Shown: piece after piece, positions 32,701 through 40,290 of the stretch
Numbering within the stretch: position 1 is the stretch's first letter
How the letters are laid out: every line of letters starts with the position of its first letter
Origin: an uncultured virus (IMG/VR IMGVR_UViG_2811995274_000001)
Lineage: Duplodnaviria; Heunggongvirae; Uroviricota; Caudoviricetes
Reading direction: 5' to 3' (one strand)
DNA: 64,000 bases
IMG/VR virus record: IMGVR_UViG_2811995274_000001
Made by a program: the position numbers and the translations under genes
Notes under the pieces: model-generated
What the model was told of the DNA's origin: nothing
Database searches by the model: none
Seen by the model: the letters and a program-made list of their open reading frames with translations, nothing else

Positions 32701-32817
32701 TAAGGAATCAAGTCCATACTCTTTTCCTTTTTTAACGTAATCTTTTATTCTTAATATAGAATCTCCTACACTTCCATTAGCAACATGAACATGATGTGGA
32801 TAATATAACATTAACAT
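29716..32817 (-). CDS. dnaE: DNA polymerase III alpha subunit, copy 2
   Basis: PHP motifs HVH/TDHG/TNDIHY, GPGRGSAAGS, PDIDVDF, KFDFLGL, FNRAHA. Confidence 0.95.
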   Translation of the reverse strand: MLMLYYPHHVHVANGSVGDSILRIKDYVKKGKEYGLDSLTITDHGSLSAMFDFISECNQNNIKPIIGMEVYETEDISIKDKEHNTRYHLVLLAKTEEGISNLLMIHNIASTEGFYYKPRVDYNILKKYGKGIIALSACVAGRIPNAILHNDFKKAIQMIQQYKKIFDDFYLEIQPGEFDEQIIVNDALVKLSKLTNTELIVTNDIHYLNKEDSIAHNAHVLLGRKQETLFLENKMIYPDDCYWFMDRKNIFESFKRTKFVSDDIINEAIENTIKVSKKCSYKVDNNIYMPKYIEDNQDELLYNLCYKRLNNIIQNKTNPFIYVKRLEKELNVINNLGFSGYFLIVRDYINWAKKNDIAVGPGRGSAAGSLVSYLLGISKPDPIKYNLLFERFLDANRAAIPDIDVDFSPSKRDNMFKYIVNKYGYDHCALVGTFQIRKARKSIKDAGRLLGIEPKICNEISQNVPTVYYGDNDEKMIDLDIKTSLRVNKTLSDYEKQYPDLFKLAISIEDLPSSVGVHAAGAIISPISLTNKIPLIKPNKEGILATSLNLDGAEKSFVKFDFLGLSYIEIIHNTEKEIGTFFDFESDELLNDKKVWNMISSKHTTGIFQISSKVYKDRMFRLKPKTIQELAACLALIRGPCISTKLDEKYMRILEGKDKIEYICDEYNNPTEDTLGIPVFQEQIMNIFVNFGFDLSTGYKFIKAAAKKKIDKLKEYKEEFILKAKQKNISTVKAEKIFHILEKSGEYSFNRAHAVSYAFISYCSAYLKCHYPLYYMKNILSNAFVKVKNDKNKELYKDILEECRFLGIKFLPPDINKSDWEFSVEDNKIRIGLCAIKGLGEKAFNHLKELRPFKDFDDLLERTEAKSFNKNCINVSIFSGILDSLLKDDETRLDLFYKKNSDIGYAKIAGKELSINYLMDPNNYEAIEKLLLGENFIYSISNNLESINWLSMKEKQTFKIDNVFIQKVTKPKLDKNGTLLLTTGNGTISCKIMNNTYKRNSKIINGIRKNKMYKIIAIKNNNDCYLQEIEKCA

Positions 32818-32827
32818 ACACGTCCTT

Positions 32828-32998
32828 TTATTTTAGTTCTAATTCCTGTTCTTTTTTATGATATTCCTTACATAAGTTTAAGATAGTTTCTACTAGTTTA
32901 TTAGGGTTTGCTATTTTAATATTACATTGAAGTACTAAAGCTTCATCAATTTCTTTTTCTACTTTTTTTTTAAATCTTTTTAATTCTATATTTAACAT
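32828..32998 (-). CDS. small hypothetical protein (56 aa)
   Basis: Not in the ORF track; AAGGTG RBS; MLNIELKRFKKK...ELELK*. Confidence 0.5.
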   Translation of the reverse strand: MLNIELKRFKKKVEKEIDEALVLQCNIKIANPNKLVETILNLCKEYHKKEQELELK

Positions 32999-33049
32999 GT
33001 CTTTTATTTCACCTTATATTTATCTATATTTTTTTAGTATAATAAAAAT

Positions 33050-33085
33050 AAAAGAAGAAACTAGTTTTTACTAGTTTCTTCTTTT
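33050..33085. terminator. terminator hairpin
   Basis: 16-bp inverted repeat AAAAGAAGAAACTAGT/ACTAGTTTCTTCTTTT. Confidence 0.75.
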
Positions 33086-33091
33086 TACTAA

Positions 33092-33526
33092 TTAGAATAA
33101 AACATCTAAAGAATAATAAATTGTTACTTCAGGATTTATTTTACTATTTCTATTAATGAAATCCATTATTTTATTATGTGCTTCTTCATCAAAACTGATA
33201 ATTCCATCTTTTCTTAAATACAATAAAGCTGTATCAGAAGTTCGTGTATTAAATAATTGCGAAAAAGTTTTACTAATAATTTCATTTAATTCTTGTTCGT
33301 TTTGGATTAATTTAGGAGTAATAAGAAAGAAATTTAAATCATTTTCTTTCGCATCATATTGTAAATACTCTTCATTAAACCAAGGAAAGTCTTTATCAAT
33401 AATAGGTAATGGACCTAATATTGATAAATCATTTGTATTATGTTCTTTTAAAAAGTCGGTTTTCCATTTTAAATATTTTTTTCTTTGAAATGTGCTTGTC
33501 ATTGTATTTGCAATAAAACTAATCAT
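33092..33526 (-). CDS. hypothetical protein
   Basis: 144 aa, GGGAGG RBS. Confidence 0.65.
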   Translation of the reverse strand: MISFIANTMTSTFQRKKYLKWKTDFLKEHNTNDLSILGPLPIIDKDFPWFNEEYLQYDAKENDLNFFLITPKLIQNEQELNEIISKTFSQLFNTRTSDTALLYLRKDGIISFDEEAHNKIMDFINRNSKINPEVTIYYSLDVLF

Positions 33527-33541
33527 AAATAAACCTCCCTA

Positions 33542-34366
33542 TTAAAGTTTAAACTTTTGCAAACAATTAATATTATCAAAATCATTACTTAATAAACAAT
33601 CAATAAAACCAGAAGCAGATGTTTGAATCAATTTGCTAATAATATTAGTTTTTTGTTTTTCATATTTAATATTAATTTTACTTCTGTCTGTTGATAATTT
33701 TTTACATAATAGCTCAATAGCGTCATCATATGTTCCAATTTTATCAATTAAACCGTATTGTAAAGCTGTTCTGCTAGACAATACTCTACCATCTAATACT
33801 TCATCAATATTATCAGACATCTTATCTTTTCTAGCTTCTTTTACAATATTAATAAAATTTTGATGACATTCAGACACGAGATCTTGAACAAGTTTTCTTT
33901 CTTCTTCATTCATATCTTTAAAAACGTTGCAAATATCTTTCATGTTTCCCGATTTAATAGTTGTTACATCAATACCAATTTTATCTTTTAATTTACTAAC
34001 ATTTGGGATTGTCATTATAGCTCCAATTGATCCAACAATTGACATATTAGATGCTATAATTTCATTAGCACCACAAGCTATTAAATAAGCGCCAGAACAT
34101 CCTGTATTACCAATAGAAGCTATAACTGGTTTTTTAGATGCAATATGCTTAACTGCTTGATAAATCTCTTCAGAGGTTCCAGCAGCGCCTCCAGGACTAT
34201 CTAATCGCAATAAAACACCATCTATCTTTTCATTATTAGCTATATTATTTAATTCATCTAATAATTCAATAGTATTTTTTTTCTTAGAAAATCCATTTTT
34301 TCCATAAGCTTTAATAATTCCCTCAATAGTGATTACTTCAATATTTTTTTGTTTAAAAAATTTCAT
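33542..34366 (-). CDS. sppA: S49 peptidase (SppA-like signal peptide peptidase)
   Basis: LRLDSPGG, CSGAYLIA, VGSIGA, KSGNMKD, GLIDKIG. Confidence 0.88.
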   Translation of the reverse strand: MKFFKQKNIEVITIEGIIKAYGKNGFSKKKNTIELLDELNNIANNEKIDGVLLRLDSPGGAAGTSEEIYQAVKHIASKKPVIASIGNTGCSGAYLIACGANEIIASNMSIVGSIGAIMTIPNVSKLKDKIGIDVTTIKSGNMKDICNVFKDMNEEERKLVQDLVSECHQNFINIVKEARKDKMSDNIDEVLDGRVLSSRTALQYGLIDKIGTYDDAIELLCKKLSTDRSKINIKYEKQKTNIISKLIQTSASGFIDCLLSNDFDNINCLQKFKL

Positions 34367-34399
34367 TAATAATTCTCCTCTTTTGATACAATAAATTAA

Positions 34400-34420
34400 A
34401 AGACACCAATAAGGTGTCTT
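34400..34420 (-). terminator. short hairpin after the small nrdD-related gene
   Basis: AAGACACC-AATAA-GGTGTCTT. Confidence 0.55.
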
Positions 34421-34425
34421 AATTA

Positions 34426-34692
34426 TTAAATATGTTTTATTCTATCATGTTCTTCAGCTTGTTTAGCATTATTCCATCTATTTAAATCACCTGTTAAATA
34501 GCCTGTAATGCGTCTAATACGTTCAAATTTTGGCTCCTTAATAGTATAATCTACATCTACATCATTATTGTTTTTATTTAAAGAAAAGTAAACTTCAGAA
34601 ATGTTATCAAGTGTACCTTCTTTTTCTTTTAAAGCATTTAAATAATACTCTTGTTCTTTAGCAGACATTTTAAAATTTGATTTTATTTGCAT
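34426..34692 (-). CDS. stand-alone glycyl-radical domain protein (NrdD C-terminal module)
   Basis: FERIRRITGYLTGDLNRWNNAKQAEEHDRIKH; has its own GAAAGG RBS. Confidence 0.88.
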   Translation of the reverse strand: MQIKSNFKMSAKEQEYYLNALKEKEGTLDNISEVYFSLNKNNNDVDVDYTIKEPKFERIRRITGYLTGDLNRWNNAKQAEEHDRIKHI

Positions 34693-34783
34693 TTTATTTA
34701 CAACGCCTTTCTATTTATTATATTTATTTAGGATCACTATTTATATTTTATTGTTTTATTTAGATATATTATTATCTAAAATA

Positions 34784-37039
34784 TTAGTTATTACTATATT
34801 TTTTTAAAGCTAAATGTTTATGTTCTTCTTCTTTTCTATGACAATGAGGGCATTCATTTTCTATAATTCCTGTATAACCACAAATAGGATCACGGTCCAC
34901 AGGATGGTTGATAGAAAAATATCCCATATTAGAATCATGCATACATCTAACTATAGATTCAAAAGCTGTTAAATTTTTTGTAGGATCTCCATCCATTTCA
35001 ACATAACTTATATGTCCTGCATTACATAATTCATGATAAGGAGCTTCAAGTTGAATTTTCTGATAAGCATTAATCTTGTAATATACAGGTATGTGAAAAG
35101 AATTAGTCATATAATTTTTATCAGTTACGCCTTTTATTATTCCATATTCTTTTTGATTAGATTTTTGAAATAATCCTGCTGTTGATTCAGCTGGAGTAGA
35201 AAAAGTACTCCAATTTAAATGTTCATCTTTAGTATATTGATCTGTTTTTTTTCTTATATATTTAATAATTTCAATGCCTAAATCTTGAGACTTAATAGAT
35301 TCTCCATGATGTTTGCCAGTAAGAGCAACTAAGCATTCTGCTAAACCACAGAAACCAATTGATAATGAACAATGTTTTAATACTTCTTCTAACGTATCTT
35401 CTTGTTTTAAATTTTCTGATCCTACAGCTATTTTTTGACCTACAGCAAAAGGAAAATTATATACATGCTTTTTAACTATAATGTTATATCTATATAATAA
35501 ATAGTCATGAGATAGTGTAATATATTTATCTAATAACTCCCAAAATTTATCTATATCTTGTTTAGCTTCTAATGCTAATTTAGGCAAATTAATAGTAGTA
35601 AAACTAAAGTTACCTCTGCCACCAGTAATATCATCACCATTTATGTCTGAAATAACTCTTGTTCTACAACCCATTGTAGCTATCTCACTATTATAATTTC
35701 CTTCTTGATAATATTTTAAGTTATAAGAAGCATCTATATTAACAAAATTAGGGAATAATCGTTTAGCAGAAACCTTACATGCTAATTTAAATAAGTCATA
35801 GTTAGGATCTGTAGTATCATAATTTACTCCTCTTTTTAGTTTGAATATAGAAATAGGAAATATAGGAGTTTCTCCATTTCCTAATCCATCATAAGTAGCA
35901 TTTAAAATTTCTTTTGTTACTAGTCTTCCTTCAGGAGAAATATCTGTACCAAAATTAATAGAACTAAACGGAACTTGTCCACCAGCTCTACTATGTAGAG
36001 AGTTAAAATTATGTATTACTGCTTCCATAGCTTGCTTTGTTTCTTCTTCTATTTTTCTACATGCAATATTATATATTCTATCTGGATATGCACAATCAAT
36101 ATCTGTATCTAATATAGAATTTAATACATAATAAATACTATTGATAGAATTAAAATCAAAATAATACTTCTCATTCTTTAACTTTTCTGTATATCTTATA
36201 GTATACTTATTACATTCTTTTTTTATTTTATCTTTAAAAGTAGTAAAATCTATATTTACATTAGGAATATATCCATAACAAAAATCATATATTGTTTCTA
36301 TCACTATTTTTTTAAAAGATTTTCTTACACCTTCAGCCATTGCATAATCAAAAGCATTAATTGCTTGTCCGCCAAACATATCATTTTGATTTGATTGAAT
36401 AGCGATGCAAGCTAAAGCTGCATAAGAACGAATAGATTGTGGCTCTCTAATAAAGCCATGTCCAGTTGAGAAACCGTTATGCAATAACTTTAATAAGTCT
36501 ATATTCATACAATTCCAACAAATATAAGAAAAATCTTTATCATGAATATGAATGTAGTTAAGATTATCTGCTTCAGCAAATTGAGAAGGTAATGCATATT
36601 TATCTGCCCACGTTTTTGCTCCTTCTGTACCAAGTTTAAGCATTATACCCATTGGGGCGTCTCCATTTATGTTTGCATTATCTCTTTTTAAATCCATGTC
36701 TTTTGCATCAGCAAATAATAAATTAGTATATGATTTCATTAATTTTTGAGCAGCCTTTTTTCTTTCTATATGAACTTTTTGATAAGTTATATATGATTTA
36801 GCTACTTCAAAGAAACCTTTTTGTATTAAATTTTCTTCAATAGATTTTTGAACATCTTCTACAGTTAATAAATTATTTTTTTTTATTAATTGTTTAAAGA
36901 TACTATTAGCTAATTCATGTATTTCTTCTTTATTGATTTTACTTTTAACATCTTTATTTGATTTTGTAATAGTATTTATAATTTTATTTATATTAAAGTT
37001 TTCCATTATTCCAGAACGTTTCATAATTTTATAATGCAT
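34784..37039 (-). CDS. nrdD: anaerobic ribonucleoside-triphosphate reductase large subunit lacking the glycyl-radical loop
   Basis: N-terminal ATP cone, IHIHDKD, TMGCRT, TPAEST, YMTNSFH, GHISYVE, DPICG..CPHC, then stop. Confidence 0.93.
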   Translation of the reverse strand: MHYKIMKRSGIMENFNINKIINTITKSNKDVKSKINKEEIHELANSIFKQLIKKNNLLTVEDVQKSIEENLIQKGFFEVAKSYITYQKVHIERKKAAQKLMKSYTNLLFADAKDMDLKRDNANINGDAPMGIMLKLGTEGAKTWADKYALPSQFAEADNLNYIHIHDKDFSYICWNCMNIDLLKLLHNGFSTGHGFIREPQSIRSYAALACIAIQSNQNDMFGGQAINAFDYAMAEGVRKSFKKIVIETIYDFCYGYIPNVNIDFTTFKDKIKKECNKYTIRYTEKLKNEKYYFDFNSINSIYYVLNSILDTDIDCAYPDRIYNIACRKIEEETKQAMEAVIHNFNSLHSRAGGQVPFSSINFGTDISPEGRLVTKEILNATYDGLGNGETPIFPISIFKLKRGVNYDTTDPNYDLFKLACKVSAKRLFPNFVNIDASYNLKYYQEGNYNSEIATMGCRTRVISDINGDDITGGRGNFSFTTINLPKLALEAKQDIDKFWELLDKYITLSHDYLLYRYNIIVKKHVYNFPFAVGQKIAVGSENLKQEDTLEEVLKHCSLSIGFCGLAECLVALTGKHHGESIKSQDLGIEIIKYIRKKTDQYTKDEHLNWSTFSTPAESTAGLFQKSNQKEYGIIKGVTDKNYMTNSFHIPVYYKINAYQKIQLEAPYHELCNAGHISYVEMDGDPTKNLTAFESIVRCMHDSNMGYFSINHPVDRDPICGYTGIIENECPHCHRKEEEHKHLALKKYSNN

Positions 37040-37050
37040 AAAAAGCTCCT

Positions 37051-37731
37051 CTATTCTAATAATTTTTTATTATTTTTATGTAGAACAAAGAGATGATCTA
37101 TTATATAACGAGACCAAGCTTCAAATTGATAATAATTGTCTACAATCTTTGCCATTGACATCCATTTTCCTTTGAGCTTATTCGTCTCTTTTATAGAAAT
37201 TTTATTATTAAATTTTAATGCATATATAATACCAAAATGTTCTTTAGTTTCACTAATTATATCTCTAACAAATCCTATTAAAGTTTTATTAATGGAATTG
37301 TTATGTATATAAATTTCTTCTTGTATTTCTCTATTAGCAGCACTTTCTATTAAAGAATAATAGTTGTCATTATTTAAACTATACATGTCTTCAATATTTA
37401 TATGCCCTCCAAATCCTAAAGAATATACATTATTTAATCTAGGATCTCCATCTATTCTATAAGATACATACATTTTTGACTCATTCTTATTTAAAATAAT
37501 AGTATAAGGTATGATTTGTTGCATAGCATCATTATATTCAGCATCATATCTAGGAATAAAAAAACCTTTATTCTCGAAAATAGACATAAAATTATTTATC
37601 TGTTTTTTATTATATTTAGATATATCTGTAAATCCATTTGGTACTTTAAATAAATATTTATTTGGAATTACATATACTTTTTCATCTTTATATCTTTTTT
37701 TTAACTCTGTTGATCTCATATGTTCTCTCAT
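37051..37731 (-). CDS. NUDIX-family predicted phosphoesterase
   Basis: QQIIPY, SLGFGGHIN, ANREIQEE, HFGII. Confidence 0.8.
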   Translation of the reverse strand: MREHMRSTELKKRYKDEKVYVIPNKYLFKVPNGFTDISKYNKKQINNFMSIFENKGFFIPRYDAEYNDAMQQIIPYTIILNKNESKMYVSYRIDGDPRLNNVYSLGFGGHINIEDMYSLNNDNYYSLIESAANREIQEEIYIHNNSINKTLIGFVRDIISETKEHFGIIYALKFNNKISIKETNKLKGKWMSMAKIVDNYYQFEAWSRYIIDHLFVLHKNNKKLLE

Positions 37732-37738
37732 TTTATTT

Positions 37739-37796
37739 TATATTACTGATGCGTATATGAGATAAAATAAAAATCCATATACGCATCAGTAATATA
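37739..37796. repeat. 21-bp perfect inverted repeat
   Basis: TATATTACTGATGCGTATATG/CATATACGCATCAGTAATATA. Confidence 0.85.
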
Positions 37797-38072
37797 CTAT
37801 TTATTTATTAAATCTTTTAATGTTCTACTTTGTTTAAAAGAAATTGTTTTAAATGCTGGAACAAGCATACTTTCTTTAGTTTTGAAATTATAACAATTTC
37901 TAGCGCTTCTTTCTTTAATAGAAAAAGCACCAAATCCATTAATCTGAATAGTACCATCTTCTAAAAGAACATCTTTGATAACAGAAAAAATTCCATTAAA
38001 ATTCTTTTCTGCTTCCTTTTTTGTTAGTCCTAGTTCATCGGATATTCTAGTAATTAGTTCTGTTTTTGTCAT
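37797..38072 (-). CDS. hup: HU-family DNA-binding protein
   Basis: MTKTELI, GFGAFSIKERSAR, VPAFKTISFK. Confidence 0.92.
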   Translation of the reverse strand: MTKTELITRISDELGLTKKEAEKNFNGIFSVIKDVLLEDGTIQINGFGAFSIKERSARNCYNFKTKESMLVPAFKTISFKQSRTLKDLINK

Positions 38073-38097
38073 TTTTTTGACTCCTTTATTATATATA

Positions 38098-38445
38098 TTA
38101 ATCTAATCTTGTTGGTTCTTCATTATCAAAACATTCTTCACATAAAGTTCTATGATCTATAGTTTCTATGCAATCTTCAAATGATATGTTTTTTTTGCAT
38201 TTATCGCATACAACCGTAACATCATTATTACTTAAATGCTTGCTTACATCTGCTGAATTTAATCTTTTATATTCTGTTTTAGGAGTATAATGTGTTAATT
38301 CTTTTTTGTTTTTATTAGTAGCAAAAACATTAGCTTTATACTCTGAACAATTTTTTACATCTAATTTTATATGTTTTAATTTTGATGAAAAAAAGATATT
38401 AATATAGCAAACTTCTGATTTTAAACAAGATTGACAAATCAACAT
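38098..38445 (-). CDS. Cys-rich (zinc-finger) hypothetical protein
   Basis: CQSC..C, CDKC, CEEC. Confidence 0.6.
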   Translation of the reverse strand: MLICQSCLKSEVCYINIFFSSKLKHIKLDVKNCSEYKANVFATNKNKKELTHYTPKTEYKRLNSADVSKHLSNNDVTVVCDKCKKNISFEDCIETIDHRTLCEECFDNEEPTRLD

Positions 38446-39635
38446 ATTTGTTTTATTCCAAACCTTTCTTGTATAAAATTATTAAAAATTATTTTTTCTT
38501 CTTTAGTGTTAACACTTTTAGCAACATCTAATATCTTAGGAAGAAAATTTAATCTTAATTCATTTAATTTAGAATCAAATAATTTAGAACAATCTTTTAA
38601 TAAAAATTGAAAATATAATAATGAATTATCTTGAATATATTTTTCTAAATCATTCTTTTTTTGATTGGCCAAGTCCGCTAAATCCATATTATTTGGTAAG
38701 ATACATATTTTAGAATATATACCTTCTTCAGCTAATAATTTAACAGCATTATAAGTGGCTCTTTGTCCTGCTTTATCTCCGTCCAAACAAAATACTGGTT
38801 TTTTATTTAAATGTTTGATAATGCTTACATGCTCTTTAGTAAATGCAGTACCTAAAGTAGCAACAACATTCTTTGTATTATATTTATTACTCAAAATAAC
38901 ATCAAATACACCTTCTGTTATTCTTATTTCATCACAAGATTCATCTAATAAATGAATTCCATACAAAAAAGATCTTTTATGAAAGCATTCTGATTCTTTT
39001 GAGTTAATATATTTACTATAATTATTTTGTTTAGATATTAATCTTGAAGAAAAACCTAATACATTTTTTTTAGAATCAAACAAAGGAAAAGTAATTCTAA
39101 AACCACTTTTAAATAGATTAGATCCTATACACCATTTTTGTATATCATAATCATCTAATCCTCTGTTATATAAATATTTTTTAGTTTGATTAGATAAATT
39201 TATATTAAAACATTTTGCTTTAATATAATTTTTTTCTAATAAAGAAGCAATTTTATTATTTTTATCATCAGAACAATATGGAATATTATATTTATCAGCT
39301 AAGATCATAATAGATTCGGTAAAACTATAAATATGTTTACTATTTTTATGATCCGACATCCATTGTACAAAAGCAAAACAATCAGAACCATAATTTCTAT
39401 ATTTATTATCTTTTGTATCCTTTTTTCCAACATGACATCCCATACATGCCCAACTCCATGTATTATCATTATTTTTCCATACACGAAAAGATGGTGTTGT
39501 ATCATCATGATCAGGATGAGGACATCTTCCTTGCCATATATTGTCTCCAGCTGGTTTTAAATCTGTATACTCTTTTATTAGTTCCAACAAATTTATTTTT
39601 TGTTTAATCTTATCTTTAAAATTGCTAGAAAACAT
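38439..39635 (-). CDS. dnaG: DnaG-type DNA primase (CHC2 zinc finger plus TOPRIM)
   Basis: CPHPDH..TPSF..CMGC, RITFP, KYINS, ITEGVFD, LGTA, DGDKAG. Confidence 0.92.
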   Translation of the reverse strand: MFSSNFKDKIKQKINLLELIKEYTDLKPAGDNIWQGRCPHPDHDDTTPSFRVWKNNDNTWSWACMGCHVGKKDTKDNKYRNYGSDCFAFVQWMSDHKNSKHIYSFTESIMILADKYNIPYCSDDKNNKIASLLEKNYIKAKCFNINLSNQTKKYLYNRGLDDYDIQKWCIGSNLFKSGFRITFPLFDSKKNVLGFSSRLISKQNNYSKYINSKESECFHKRSFLYGIHLLDESCDEIRITEGVFDVILSNKYNTKNVVATLGTAFTKEHVSIIKHLNKKPVFCLDGDKAGQRATYNAVKLLAEEGIYSKICILPNNMDLADLANQKKNDLEKYIQDNSLLYFQFLLKDCSKLFDSKLNELRLNFLPKILDVAKSVNTKEEKIIFNNFIQERFGIKQIC

Positions 39636-39656
39636 AATAACTTGACCTTATTTCTT

Positions 39657-39685
39657 ATAATATCATAGCTTATTATTCTTTTCAA
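39657..39685 (-). promoter_or_regulatory. sigma70-type promoter for dnaG
   Basis: Minus strand TTGAAA-17 nt-TATTAT with a TG extension. Confidence 0.5.
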
Positions 39686-39711
39686 TATTAATTTTTAAAT
39701 AATAATTAATA

Positions 39712-40290
39712 TTATTTAATAGAAAAAGTGGGTTCTTTATTTTCTACATTAACAAAGTCTAATAATTGATCATTAAAATAAAAATTATTATCTTTAATTT
39801 GTCCTAGACTTTTTAATTCTTTCTTATCTACTTTAAATGTAGTTCTTAAACAATTGTTATTATGTTCTTTTAAATAATTAATCATAGTTTCTTCATCATA
39901 ATTAATAATAGGTTGCTGTGCTCTAAAAGAAATAATACCTTCTATTAGTTTTAAACTTTTCTTTTTAGAATTGTCTAATTGATTATGAGCATATTCTTCT
40001 AATAAGTTTTTATAATAATCCATTTTATTTTTAATAGGATTAATACTATTTTCTCTCCATGTATCTACTTTGAGAGAATATTCTTCTAAACAATTCTTTG
40101 CACTTTGATTAATATTATTACATTCTTCTTCTAATTCTTTATATTTTTTTACATAATAATTAGCTTGATCAATACTAGATATTTTAAAATGATCTGTATT
40201 TTTATCGTTAGCATACTCTAATTCATCAATACTATCTATATAATCCAATAAATCTTTTGTTGTTTCAAACTGACTCATATAATATATCAA
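39712..40290 (-). CDS. Mu Gam-like host-nuclease inhibitor
   Basis: FKI..IDQANY, coiled coil, KSLKLIEGIISFRAQQP, VDKKELK. Confidence 0.78.
   Translation of the reverse strand: MIYYMSQFETTKDLLDYIDSIDELEYANDKNTDHFKISSIDQANYYVKKYKELEEECNNINQSAKNCLEEYSLKVDTWRENSINPIKNKMDYYKNLLEEYAHNQLDNSKKKSLKLIEGIISFRAQQPIINYDEETMINYLKEHNNNCLRTTFKVDKKELKSLGQIKDNNFYFNDQLLDFVNVENKEPTFSIK

Noticed and set aside
34692..34784. Frameshift or intron joining nrdD to the small downstream ORF
   Set aside because: The spacer is only 91 nt of AT-rich DNA with no intron core. The small ORF has its own RBS and an N-terminus unrelated to NrdD.
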